From positions 992,001-1,056,000 of the forward strand of contig OY843768.1 of NCBI GenBank assembly GCA_963693095.2: 64,000 nucleotides of DNA, in the 5' to 3' direction. Positions 20,109-29,837 of the stretch are shown here, in pieces (position 1 is the stretch's first letter; every line of letters starts with the position of its first letter). The notes under the pieces are model-generated. The model worked only from the letters and a program-made list of their open reading frames with translations. It was not told where the DNA came from and ran no database searches. A program made the position numbers and the translations under genes. The DNA is from Cenarchaeum sp. Lineage in GTDB: Archaea; Thermoproteota; Nitrososphaeria; Nitrososphaerales; Nitrosopumilaceae.

Positions 20109-21689
20109 CTAGACATAGTCGTCAAGCGAGTTGGCCGACTTGCGCCGTGGAGGCGAGCGCGTGGCCGGCTTTGCCGGCCGCCTCTCTATGCTCATGCCCA
20201 CACGTGCGGCGGCCTTGATCTTTTTCTTGCCTATCCAGTGGTATGCGACGTCGATCGTCCCCTTTGTGACCAGGCTGACGAGGCGTCCTGCGCTGTGCCT
20301 GCCCGTGCGCCCGCGCCGCTGCACGTAGCGTATCGAGCTTGGGACGCTGTCATAGAACACGACGAGGTTTACTGCAGAGATGTCAAGGCCCTCCTCGCCC
20401 ACGCGTGTCGTGACGAGAACGCGGTACTCGTCGGCGCGAAACCTCGCGACAGTCTCGACTTGCTTTTTCTGCTTTAGTCCGGCCTCACCGGCCTTGCCTA
20501 TTAGCATCTCGGCGTCAATCCCGTTCTCAACAAGCTTGTCACGTATAACCTCCACAGAGTCGCGATAGCTAGAGAACACTATTGCCTTGTCATCAGATTT
20601 CGAGAGTAGCTCGAGGAGCCGCGCCATCTTTGGGTGCTCCATGCCGCTCTTTTGGAGAACGCGCGCACGCGCGACTGCTGCTGAAAAATTTGGATCATCC
20701 TCCATGAGCGCCTTGGCACCGGCGTTCTTTTTTGCTGCGCGCTCGCAAAAGCGCAGGAATGTCGTCGTTCCGTGGGCCTCGAACATGTTTAACGAGTACG
20801 TTATGCGTATTGCCGAAAAGAGCGGCTTTATGGCGTTCTTGCGGTGCGAGAGGACAAACTGGCGCAGGCGCAAAAGGGCGGAGAGCGACTTGTTTGAGCC
20901 AGTGTCTAGCCCGAGTGCCTTTAGTGCCGCATAGCGCTCACCGAGTGCCTTTTTGATCAGCAACTGGATCTCGAGCATCGTTGCCGGAAGCTCTAGCATT
21001 ATGACGTCTGTGTCCGTCTTTTGGATGTATTTTTTGACGTCGTCGCTAGACTCAGAGCGCGTCTCCACGCTCTGCGCGCCTAGCGCATCGACTATCTCGT
21101 TGACCTTGGCGCGCTCGGCCGGAAGCGTTGCAGTCATCCCGACTAGGCGCGCCGTGGTGCCAGAGAACGCCGACGCTATTGCCGTGTACGCATAGTTGCC
21201 GACTGCCCTGTGCGCCTCGTCAAATATGACGAGGCCAAAGTCCCCCGGCGATATAACGCCACGGATCAGGTCGTTTTGCGCAATCTCTGGAGTCGCGCAC
21301 ACGACGCTGTTGAACCAGAGCTTCGAGCGCCGCTTTAGCGCCTCCTCGCCGGTCACAAGCGATATGTCCTCGATGGTCAGGTGCTCCATCATGAACCTGC
21401 GGTGCTGCTCGGCGAGAACGCGCGTTGGAGCTAGCATTAGCGAGACGCCGCGCGCGCGCTCGAGGAACCCCGCGATGAGCTGCAGCGCAACGGCCGTCTT
21501 GCCAAGGCCGGTGGGCAGGACCAGGATGCAGTTCTCGGATGCGGCATGGCGTGCGAGGCTGACCTGATAGTCGCGAACCTCGAGGGTGCCCTGCCTGACG
21601 TAGCGTCCCTCCAGGTATTCAGGCTCCCCCACGCGAGGCGTGCCGGGCCTGCGCGCTTTTAAAGATGGCCATGGTTCGCCCAAAACCAA
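20109..21689 (-). CDS. Hef/FANCM-like SF2 helicase (no C-terminal nuclease domain)
   Basis: EVRDYQ, LPTGLGKT, FDEAH, TAT, GEEGLDI, QRRGRTGR. Confidence 0.9.
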   Translation of the reverse strand: MVLGEPWPSLKARRPGTPRVGEPEYLEGRYVRQGTLEVRDYQVSLARHAASENCILVLPTGLGKTAVALQLIAGFLERARGVSLMLAPTRVLAEQHRRFMMEHLTIEDISLVTGEEALKRRSKLWFNSVVCATPEIAQNDLIRGVISPGDFGLVIFDEAHRAVGNYAYTAIASAFSGTTARLVGMTATLPAERAKVNEIVDALGAQSVETRSESSDDVKKYIQKTDTDVIMLELPATMLEIQLLIKKALGERYAALKALGLDTGSNKSLSALLRLRQFVLSHRKNAIKPLFSAIRITYSLNMFEAHGTTTFLRFCERAAKKNAGAKALMEDDPNFSAAVARARVLQKSGMEHPKMARLLELLSKSDDKAIVFSSYRDSVEVIRDKLVENGIDAEMLIGKAGEAGLKQKKQVETVARFRADEYRVLVTTRVGEEGLDISAVNLVVFYDSVPSSIRYVQRRGRTGRHSAGRLVSLVTKGTIDVAYHWIGKKKIKAAARVGMSIERRPAKPATRSPPRRKSANSLDDYV

Positions 21690-21718
21690 TATTTACACGG
21701 GCGCCCCTGATGCGCCCC

Positions 21719-22243
21719 ATGGAGCACGAGCGGCCCACGTGGGACGAGTACTTTATGCTCCAGGCCGAGCTTGCCAAGCTGCGCTCCAACTGCATGGCAA
21801 AGCGCGTCGGCGCCGTCATAGTCAGGGACAACAGGCAGCTCGCCACCGGATACAACGGGACGCCCCCCGGCGTCAGGAACTGCTATGAGGGCGGCTGCGC
21901 GCGCTGCACCGAGCGCGTCGAGGGCAAGATAGCCTCCGGTGAGGCCCTAGAGCGCTGCCTCTGCAACCATGCCGAGGCCAATGCGATAATGCACTGCGCG
22001 ATACTCGGAATCGGAACCGGCCGGTCCGGCACGTCGCTCTACTCGACGATGGTCCCGTGCCTAGAGTGCACAAAGATGGCAGTGACTGTGGGCGTTGTCA
22101 GGATCGTCTGTGTCGAGGGGTATGCCGAGTCTGACATGGGCCTCCTCGCCGACGCGCGCGTCGAGGTCGTCCGCATGGACGCTAGGCGTGTCGAGCGCTG
22201 GGCAAGGGAGCTCGTGGCCGAGTATGGCGCAAAAAAGTCTTAA
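21719..22243 (+). CDS. dCMP deaminase family protein
   Basis: RPTWDEYF, GYNG.P, HAEANAI, PCLEC. Confidence 0.93.
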   Translation: MEHERPTWDEYFMLQAELAKLRSNCMAKRVGAVIVRDNRQLATGYNGTPPGVRNCYEGGCARCTERVEGKIASGEALERCLCNHAEANAIMHCAILGIGTGRSGTSLYSTMVPCLECTKMAVTVGVVRIVCVEGYAESDMGLLADARVEVVRMDARRVERWARELVAEYGAKKS

Positions 22244-22268
22244 AGGCCCCGGTTCGCGCGCGGGACGC

Positions 22269-22673
22269 ATGGCAAAGAACCGCCGGATAAAGATACTCGT
22301 CGCAAAGATGGGCCTTGACGGCCACGACAGGGGCGCGATGGTCCTCTGCCGCGCGTTTCGCGACGCCGGAATGGAGGTGATCTACTCTGGCCTCTTTGCG
22401 ACGCCAAAGCGCGTGGCGCAGATAGCCGAGGACGAGGACGTCGATGCCATAGCGATGAGCCTCCTCAACGGCGCGCACAATACGCTCTTTCCGCGCGTCG
22501 TGAGCGAGCTCGGCAAGAAGGGCATGCGCAACGTCCTCGTCATGGGCGGCGGGATAATACCCGAGTCTGACAGGGGCGCACTGGAGAAGCGCGGGCTAAA
22601 TGGCGTCTTTGGTCCTGGAACGCCCTTGCCGGGAATCATAGAGCACATACAAAAGAACGTAAAAAAGCGCTAG
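22269..22673 (+). CDS. methylmalonyl-CoA mutase small (cobalamin-binding) subunit
   Basis: KMGLDGHDRGA (DxHxxG), GMEVIY.G, GGIIP, FGPGT. Confidence 0.93.
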   Translation: MAKNRRIKILVAKMGLDGHDRGAMVLCRAFRDAGMEVIYSGLFATPKRVAQIAEDEDVDAIAMSLLNGAHNTLFPRVVSELGKKGMRNVLVMGGGIIPESDRGALEKRGLNGVFGPGTPLPGIIEHIQKNVKKR

Positions 22674-22675
22674 GC

Positions 22676-23674
22676 CTACTCGGTCGAGTCTGGCCACATC
22701 ATCTTGCGCATGCGTCGGCCGACCTCCTCGATCTGGTGTGAATCGAGTGCCTTCATGTGGGACTCGAACGAGTCCTTGCCGCCAGACGCGTATGCCGACA
22801 CCCATTCAGAGTTGAACGTGCCGTCGCGTATCTCGCCGAGAACTCCGGCCATGCGCTCCTTTGCCTGCGCGTCGATCACGCGAGGCCCGCGCGTGAGGCC
22901 TCCGTATCGTGCCGTCTCGCTGACGCGCCTGTACATTCCGGCGACGCCATAGCGCTGAATCATGTCAACGATGAGCTTTAGCTCGTGGAGAACCTCAAAG
23001 TATGCTATCTCGGGCTGGTATCCGGCCTCGACTAGCGTCTCAAACGCGTTGATGACCATCGAGGCCGAGCCCCCGCACAGGTCAGCCTGCTCGCCAAACC
23101 AGTCAGTCTCGACCTCCTCCTGAAACGTCGTGCGTATGACTCCTGCGCGCGTGCTGCCGATCGCCTTTGCGAGGGCGAGTGTGCGATCCCACGCGTTGCC
23201 GGTGTGGTCCTGGTGAACCGCGACGATCGATGGCGTGCCAAACCCGTCAAGGTACGTCTCGCGAACCTTGGAGCCGGGCCCCTTTGGCGCCACCATGATA
23301 ACGTCAATGTCAGACGGCACGTCTATCCACTTCCAGTGGATCGCCGCCGCGTGCGAAAAGGAGAGCGCGTTGCCTGCAGAGAGCCCCTGCGCAATCTCCT
23401 CGCCGTACACCTTGGCCTGGACCATATCGGGTATGAGGACGTGGATGACGTCCGCTGCGGCGCACGCCTCGCGCACGCCCATGACCGTGTGACCGTCAGC
23501 AGTCGCCTTTTTCCAGCTCGCCCCGCCCTCCTTTAGGCCCACAATGACGTCGAGTCCAGAGTCCTTCATGTTGTTGGCCTGCGCGTCGCCCTGTATGCCA
23601 TATCCGATAACTGCGACCTTTTGGCCATTGAGCGGCTCGAGGCTAGTGTCTGCGTCTCCCCAGGTCTGCACCAT
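22676..23674 (-). CDS. ilvC: ketol-acid reductoisomerase
   Basis: IGYGIQG, MVAPKGPG, ETDWFGEQ..LCGG, AYFE.LHE. Confidence 0.97.
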   Translation of the reverse strand: MVQTWGDADTSLEPLNGQKVAVIGYGIQGDAQANNMKDSGLDVIVGLKEGGASWKKATADGHTVMGVREACAAADVIHVLIPDMVQAKVYGEEIAQGLSAGNALSFSHAAAIHWKWIDVPSDIDVIMVAPKGPGSKVRETYLDGFGTPSIVAVHQDHTGNAWDRTLALAKAIGSTRAGVIRTTFQEEVETDWFGEQADLCGGSASMVINAFETLVEAGYQPEIAYFEVLHELKLIVDMIQRYGVAGMYRRVSETARYGGLTRGPRVIDAQAKERMAGVLGEIRDGTFNSEWVSAYASGGKDSFESHMKALDSHQIEEVGRRMRKMMWPDSTE

Positions 23675-23766
23675 TTCAGGGCATGCTCCATTTCGCGCAA
23701 ATATTAACCAATGAGTGCGTTAGGGCTACCGTCATTTATAAAGACGGCGAGTCTCCCCGTGGCCTG

Positions 23767-23871
23767 ATGAGCGAGGACGAGTCTGATAGCAAGGCAGAGG
23801 CAGCCGAGCCAGAGAAGCCAAAGAAAAAGCCAGTCGAGATTGAGCTTGGTGGCAGCATGCGCTACAATTGA
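23767..23871 (+). CDS. 34-aa micro-peptide 1 (MSEDESDSKAEAAEPEKPKKKPVEIELGGSMRYN)
   Basis: Own TATA box about 30 nt upstream; reading frame preserved across four copies. Confidence 0.6.
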   Translation: MSEDESDSKAEAAEPEKPKKKPVEIELGGSMRYN

Positions 23872-24034
23872 CACAGGATTCCCGAGTGTCATCCTGCAAA
23901 CCCATAGTAAAGACCCCAAATGTGTCCAAGGCACGCAGCGCAGATCTGCCCAACCAAAAACCGGAACATGGTCTAGCCGCCACGCACATATGCCTCTGAA
24001 ATATTTATAAAGACGGCGAGCACACAGGCTGCTG

Positions 24035-24130
24035 ATGAGCGAGGACGAGTCTGATAGCAAGACCAAGACAGCCGAGCCAAAGAAAAAGCCGGTCAAGCTG
24101 GAGTTTGGTGGCCTTGTGCGCTACATTTGA
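24035..24130 (+). CDS. 31-aa micro-peptide 2 (MSEDESDSKTKTAEPKKKPVKLEFGGLVRYI)
   Basis: Paralogue of peptide 1 differing by an in-frame 9-nt indel; own TATA box. Confidence 0.6.
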   Translation: MSEDESDSKTKTAEPKKKPVKLEFGGLVRYI

Positions 24131-24284
24131 CACAAGATTCCCGAGAGTGCCACATCATAAATCCACAGTAAAGACTCCAAATGTGTCCAAGGCGTGCAGC
24201 ACAAATTCACCCAACCCAAAACTGTAACATGCCCCACACATGCCTCTGAAATATTTATAAAGACGGCTAATGTATAGGCTGCTG

Positions 24285-24380
24285 ATGAACGAGGACGAGT
24301 CCGATAGCAAGACCAAGACAGCCGAGCCAAAGAAAAAGCCGGTCAAGGTGAAGTTTGGTGGCCTTGTGCGTGCCGTTTGA
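24285..24380 (+). CDS. 31-aa micro-peptide 3 (MNEDESDSKTKTAEPKKKPVKVKFGGLVRAV)
   Basis: Paralogue with own TATA box; directly upstream of the membrane protein gene. Confidence 0.6.
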   Translation: MNEDESDSKTKTAEPKKKPVKVKFGGLVRAV

Positions 24381-24416
24381 AGCAAGATTCCCGGGCAGCG
24401 TCACGGAGGGGCATAG

Positions 24417-24992
24417 TTGAACCCCAAAGACATCTATCACGCGACACAAGAGCAGATTCGTCACCACGATACGGTTTTGGAGGGGCAGAAGGCAAGGGCT
24501 CGCACACTCCTTAGCGTCGGTGCCGTGCTTCTCGGTATTATGGCCATCAGTCTGGGAAACTATGCAGGATTTGTCCAGGGAAATTATGCTGGAGTCATAA
24601 ACGATCCTCAAATGCTGCTGGTTCAGGCAATAGCGGTCACAATGATGCTCGGTGTGGCCGGACTCGGAGGGGCAATGACGTCAGTGATATTTTCTGCACG
24701 TGCGCTATCTGTGTCATACGCACATCAGCCCATAATGTCTGAAAACTTTAGAAATGGCGACTACACGGAGGACGAGATTTTGGATGCCCTGGTAAACATG
24801 CCTGAACACGAGACATACATGATGCTAACCAAGTCTTGTATTCAGGCACTGCGCAGCCGCGAGCAGGACCTGGACAAGATTGGGGCAAGGGCATCAATGG
24901 CACAAACGAGCCTGCTGTCTGGACTGGTGCTTGCCGGCACGGGTGCCATGGTTACGCTTGCCGTGTTCGTCCCGGCGCTTCTGGCCGTGTAG
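24417..24992 (+). CDS. 3-TM membrane protein, tentatively PycTM/DUF5706-like architecture
   Basis: TTG start after a GGAGGGG SD; helix-KARARTLL-TM1, TM2 ending SVIFSARAL, soluble loop, C-terminal TM. Confidence 0.6.
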   Translation: MNPKDIYHATQEQIRHHDTVLEGQKARARTLLSVGAVLLGIMAISLGNYAGFVQGNYAGVINDPQMLLVQAIAVTMMLGVAGLGGAMTSVIFSARALSVSYAHQPIMSENFRNGDYTEDEILDALVNMPEHETYMMLTKSCIQALRSREQDLDKIGARASMAQTSLLSGLVLAGTGAMVTLAVFVPALLAV

Positions 24993-25037
24993 CGGATCGC
25001 GCGTTGCGGCGGCACGCTGCCCAACTTTAATATAATT

Positions 25038-25718
25038 ATGATCGGCGGCAGGCGCTCAGATAGGCCGTTGCTTGCGATCTTTGACGTCGAGGGTGTGCTC
25101 TTTGATGCCGAGTACCTCCCCATGCTCGCCGAGGAGCGCGGCAAGGAGGACGAGATTTGGGAGATCACGAGGCGAGGCATAGAGGGCACGATCAACTGGG
25201 AGGAGGGCCTCCGAAAGAGGGTCGACATACTGCGCGGCATAGACTATGGCACGTGTGAGCGCGTTGCTGACGCGCTGCCCATAATGACAGGCGCGCACGA
25301 GCTCTGCTCGACGCTAAAGGCCGCCGGATGGCGCATCATGGCAGTCTCGGGCGGATTTACGATAATGACTGACCGCCTAAAGCGCGAGCTCGGCCTAGAC
25401 ACCATACTCTCCAACGAGCTCGTCTTTGAGGACAACCAGCTTGACGGCGTCCGGATAAAGGTCGGCTCGGACAAGGCGTATGCGGCCTCTGCGGCAATCG
25501 CCGAGATGGGCGAGCGCGTCGAGGACACAGTCGCCATAGTCGACGGGGCCAACGACATAAAGCTCTTTGACATATGTGGCCTCGGAATCGCGTTTCGGGC
25601 ACAGGACATCGTCAGGGAGCAGGCCAACGCGGTACTAGAGAGAAAGGACCTCATCGATGCGCTCGACGTGATAAACAAGCACTATGGACTGGCCCTCAAG
25701 GCGCCATCCCGCGCCTAG
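25038..25718 (+). CDS. serB: phosphoserine phosphatase (HAD)
   Basis: IFDVEGVLFD, EITRRGIEG, VSGGF, DGAND; true start may be TTG 25068. Confidence 0.9.
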   Translation: MIGGRRSDRPLLAIFDVEGVLFDAEYLPMLAEERGKEDEIWEITRRGIEGTINWEEGLRKRVDILRGIDYGTCERVADALPIMTGAHELCSTLKAAGWRIMAVSGGFTIMTDRLKRELGLDTILSNELVFEDNQLDGVRIKVGSDKAYAASAAIAEMGERVEDTVAIVDGANDIKLFDICGLGIAFRAQDIVREQANAVLERKDLIDALDVINKHYGLALKAPSRA

Positions 25719-25730
25719 GGCATCGGCGCA

Positions 25731-26480
25731 ATGCCTGCTCGTGAGCTCTGCGTCGTGCCGGTCAGCATTGACGGCGAGGTTGCGCGCGGCCAGAGCCTCG
25801 GTGCTGCCCTGGCGCGCTCGGGCGCAGAGGTTGTTGACGGCGATGTCCTCGTCGTCTCGCAAAAGGCAGTCTCAAAGTCAGAGGGGCGCGTCGTGGAGCT
25901 TGACACCGTCAGCCCGTCCGCACTTGCGCTCGGCATCGCCTCCGAGTATGGCAAGGACGCGCGCGTCGTAGAGCTCGTCATGGCCGAGGCGAGGCGCATA
26001 GTGCGCATGGGCCATGGCGTCATCATTACCGAGACGCATGGCGGCCTCGTGTGCGCCAACTCGGGAGTCGACGAGAGCAACATGCGCGAGGGGCACGCCG
26101 CGCTCCTGCCCGAGGATCCCGACGCGTCTGCGCGGCGCATAAGGGCAGAGGTCGCCGAGTCCTGCAGTGCCGACGTCGGCGTCATAGTGTCAGACACGTT
26201 TGGGCGGCCATTTCGGACAGGCCAGGTTGACTGCGCCATAGGGTCTGCCGGAGTCGGCGCCGCACTAGACTATGCCGGAAGCCCGGACGCGTTTGGGCGC
26301 ACGCTGCAGACCACAATGATTGCAGTAGCCGACGAGATCGCCGGCGCTGCCGAGCTCGTCATGGGCAAGCTCGACAGGTGCCCCATGGCAATAGTCCGTG
26401 GAGCAGGCCTCGTCATATCCGGACAGGCCGAGTCGGCATCCACGCTCATCAGGCCCGATGGCGAGGACCTGTTCAGGTAG
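25731..26480 (+). CDS. cofE: coenzyme F420-0:L-glutamate ligase
   Basis: VVSQKAVSKSEG, ANSGVDESN, LPEDPDASA, DTFGRPFR.G, DLFR C-terminus. Confidence 0.94.
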   Translation: MPARELCVVPVSIDGEVARGQSLGAALARSGAEVVDGDVLVVSQKAVSKSEGRVVELDTVSPSALALGIASEYGKDARVVELVMAEARRIVRMGHGVIITETHGGLVCANSGVDESNMREGHAALLPEDPDASARRIRAEVAESCSADVGVIVSDTFGRPFRTGQVDCAIGSAGVGAALDYAGSPDAFGRTLQTTMIAVADEIAGAAELVMGKLDRCPMAIVRGAGLVISGQAESASTLIRPDGEDLFR

Positions 26481-26559
26481 GCAAGGGTTTGCTACCTGCT
26501 GCTGGCATCCCTAAACTCTTAAAAGCCAGCCGTCTGTGCGCGTGATCACATTGCGGCAA

Positions 26560-27468
26560 ATGAGGACAGAGCTACACTGCCACAATGTCTTTTCCAACTT
26601 TAATGTCGGTCCCCTAGAGGCGCCGTATGACTGCAGCGTGGGCGTTCGCGAGCAGCTCGACGGCGCCCTTGCGGCCGGACTAGACGCGATATTTGTAACA
26701 AACCACAACACGCTTGACGGGTACGAGCAGGCCCGAGAGTACGCCTCGACGCACGCGCGCCATGCCGGCATTGCAGTCTATCCGGCCGAGGAGATTACGC
26801 TAGATGACGGCTCGCACGTCATCGCATATGGCATATCGAGCCGCGTGCGCCCCGGCAGGAGCCTCGGCGAGACGCTCGATGCGATTCGCGCGCAGGGCGG
26901 CGTCTCGTCTGCACCCCACCCGTTTAGCATACTAGACGCGCTGCGCGAGCGCGCCGCCGAGTGTGACATCATGGAGGTCTTTAACAGCAACAATGCAGAT
27001 ATCATATCCAACGCGCGTGCCGCATCGTTTGCCGATGAGCGATCCATGGTCGGCGTTGCCGGAAGCGACTCGCACGTGGCATCGACGATCGGCAGGTGCG
27101 TGAACGTCATTGACGCCGAGGAGAGCCTCGACTCGGCGCTCGACTCGCTGAGGCGCGGGCGCGTCTCGATATGCGAGGCCGGATATGCGACAGGGAGCGA
27201 GGCTATCGACCACATACGCTACAAGATCGAGAACTCGGCCGAGTATATCGACGAGTACATGGCGCGCTTTTATCCGCGCTCGCGCCACTTTTTTGCGCTA
27301 TTGCTGCGCGCGTTTCGCAAAAACCCCGACAGCCGCCTGTGGATACTCCTCTACCGCATAGCCGTGGCAGGAATGAGGCGCATATCGCGAAAGATAAACC
27401 TCGAGGGGCATGACGTCGGGCCGATGGCCGCGCGCAGCCTAGGCGGCATGGCCCGCATGGCGATCTGA
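26560..27468 (+). CDS. PHP-domain metal-dependent phosphoesterase
   Basis: ELHCH, TNHN, APHPF, EVFNS, GSDSH. Confidence 0.88.
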   Translation: MRTELHCHNVFSNFNVGPLEAPYDCSVGVREQLDGALAAGLDAIFVTNHNTLDGYEQAREYASTHARHAGIAVYPAEEITLDDGSHVIAYGISSRVRPGRSLGETLDAIRAQGGVSSAPHPFSILDALRERAAECDIMEVFNSNNADIISNARAASFADERSMVGVAGSDSHVASTIGRCVNVIDAEESLDSALDSLRRGRVSICEAGYATGSEAIDHIRYKIENSAEYIDEYMARFYPRSRHFFALLLRAFRKNPDSRLWILLYRIAVAGMRRISRKINLEGHDVGPMAARSLGGMARMAI

Positions 27469-27560
27469 GCGGCAAGGGCTGCAGGGTCTCTCGCGCAACG
27501 CGTCTGCACCTTGCCGCCATCACAGAGTTTAATACACGCGCGCCTTCGCATTGGCCACGT

Positions 27561-27788
27561 ATGGCAGACAAGGAGCTTGACGCGACGGGGCTGTTCTGCC
27601 CCGAGCCGGTCTTTCGCACAAAGATAGAGATCGAGCGCATGCAGGCAGGCTCGACGATTGCAGTAAAGGCCGACGATCCGGCCGCCGAGGACGACATATC
27701 AAAGTGGGCCACGCGCCACGGCCATGAAATCCTCTCGATGAAAAAGGACGGCAACGTCATAGAGTTTGAGATCAAAAAGGGCAAGTGA
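27561..27788 (+). CDS. tusA: TusA/SirA-family sulfur carrier
   Basis: LDATGLFCPEP, ADDP...DI..W. Confidence 0.92.
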   Translation: MADKELDATGLFCPEPVFRTKIEIERMQAGSTIAVKADDPAAEDDISKWATRHGHEILSMKKDGNVIEFEIKKGK

Positions 27789-27790
27789 GC

Positions 27791-28785
27791 ATGCAAAAGT
27801 CGGCTAGCGCGCAGGACATACTCGCAAAGGTGGGCAACACGCCGCTCGTGCGCCTCGAGTCACTCTCTGATGACACCAAGGAGGTTCACGCAAAGCTCGA
27901 GGGCCACAACCCGTTTGGCTCAGTCAAGGACAGGGCAGCATACTGGATGATACGCGAGGCCGAAAAGGAGGGACTCATCAACCGCACGCGCCGCACGATA
28001 ATAGAGCCGACATCAGGCAACACCGGAATCGCGCTGACCGGAATCGCGCGCCTCCTCGGCTATGACGCCGAGATTGTCATACAGAAAAGGCCAGCGACGA
28101 GACAAAGCGCATAATCAGGGCGATGGGCGCAGCAGTCCACGAGACGAGTGACGACCTGTGCCCAAAGGTCGGGGCAGGAACCGACCAGAGCATTGCGCTT
28201 GCCACGTCGATAGCTTCCAACCGGCCCACCGAGTACTATTCTCCAAACCAGTACGCAAACGAGGCCAACTTTAGCGGCCACTATCGCGGGACCGGACCGG
28301 AGCTCTGGGAGCAGACCGGAGGCAAGATTACGCACTTTTTCACCGGCGTCGGGACCGGCGGCACGATAACTGGCGTCGGGACATTCCTAAAGGAGAAAAA
28401 CCCCGACATCCGCATAGTCGGCTGCCAGCCGCAAAAGGACCACCTCATCCAGGGGTGGCGTAACTTTGACGAGTCGGCCAAGCCCGACCTGTTCCTAAAG
28501 CGCCAGGACGTCGTCGACGAGTGGGCGCACGTGACTAATGCCGAGGCCTTTGGAGTCGTTCGCGAGATACTCGGGGCCGACGGCATGCTAGTCAGCCCGT
28601 CCTCGGCAGCAGTGTATGCGTGCATGAAAAAGCACGACATTGGTGCCGGCGCGTGCGCCGTTGGCCTCTTTGCCGATGACGGCCGCAAGTTTGAGAGCGT
28701 GTATGTGGGGCAGAAAATAATGACAAAGGCCGAGTTTGATGACGCGCTTGCGCGCTCGGCGAACATGTCCGAGACGTTCTACTAG
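27791..28785 (+). pseudogene. PLP-dependent cysteine synthase family, split by a 1-nt frameshift near 28082
   Basis: The N-half has VGNTPLV, KLEGHNPFGSVKDR and EPTSGNTG; the C-half has NQYAN, GVGTGGT and SPSS. Inserting one C in GTC ATA ^CA GAA AAG restores VIPEKASDETK. Confidence 0.8.
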
Positions 28786-29808
28786 GCGCTCTCGGCGAGA
28801 TAGCGGTCTGCGCTGATTGCGGCCATGCAGCCAAATCCTGCCGCCGTGATCGCCTGCCTGTACGTGTGGTCATGGACGTCACCGGCCGCAAAGACGCCCT
28901 CAACACTCGTCTGCGCGCCGTCCTTGAGGACGACGTACCCGCGCGCGTCAAGCTCGACCTGCCCCACAAAGAGCGCCGTCGTGGGCTCGTGGCCAATGGC
29001 CACAAAGACGCCGCCCACATTAACGCGCTTTTCAGAGCCTGTCGAGTCGCGCATCATCACGCTCTCCACGCGCGACTCGCCCGATATGTCGCTGACCGTC
29101 GTGTTTAGGTGCATGTCAATCTTTTCGTCTGCCGTGGCGCGCTCTTGCATTATCGTGCTGGCCCTAAAAGAGTCCCTCCGGTGCACGAGGTGGACGCGAC
29201 TGGCAAACTTTGTCAAAAATGTCGCCTCCTCCATTGCCGAGTCACCTCCGCCGACTACGACTAGCTCCTTGCCGCGAAAGAACGGCCCGTCGCATGTCGC
29301 ACAGTACGACACTCCCCTGCCGGCGAGCGTCTCCTCACCGGGGATTCCGAGCTTTCTGGGGCTCGCCCCAGTCGCTATGATGACTGTGCGCGCGACATAC
29401 TCTTCAGATGCCGTCATTACCCTGAACGGCTTGCGCCTAAAGTCGACATTGGTCACCTCGTCATCGACAATAGTCGCGTCCATCCTCGCAGTCTGCGCGC
29501 GCATGGCGATCATGAGGTCAGGCCCCATGATGCCCTTTTCAAAGCCCGGATAGTTCTCCACGTCAGTCGTGTTGACGAGCTGCCCGCCGGGGAGTATGCC
29601 AGAGAGTATGAGCGTGTCGCGCCGCGCACGCGACGTGTATATTCCGGCCGTGTATCCGGCCGGACCGGCCCCTATGATAATCACGTCAAATGACGTCTTT
29701 TTCCTCGTCGGAGAATCGGGGCGCGCCGCCGGAGTGGCTGCCTCCCCTGTGCTGCCCTTGGCCTCATCATCCCTCTTTTCTAGCACCTGTGAGGCGGATC
29801 CCGACATC
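28782..29808 (-). CDS. trxB: thioredoxin reductase
   Basis: GAGPAG, GGQL..T..VENYPG, CATCDG, GGGDSA, GDV; N-terminal extension, start uncertain. Confidence 0.96.
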
Positions 29809-29837
29809 ATTCGCACCGGCGGCGGGCGCACGCAGAT

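Larger units (their letters stand above)
23735..24392 (+). repeat. tandem array of about 250-270-bp units (2 full + 1 partial), each TATA box + micro-ORF + spacer
   Basis: TTTATAAAGACGGC recurs at 23735, 24004 and 24254; shared downstream GATTCCCG, AGTAAAGAC.CCAAATGTGTCCAAGG and ATGCCTCTGAAATA. Confidence 0.9.

Noticed and set aside
23735-24392. CRISPR array
   Set aside because: Units are about 250-270 bp, homologous along their whole length and contain ORFs; there is no short repeat/unique spacer pattern and no cas gene.
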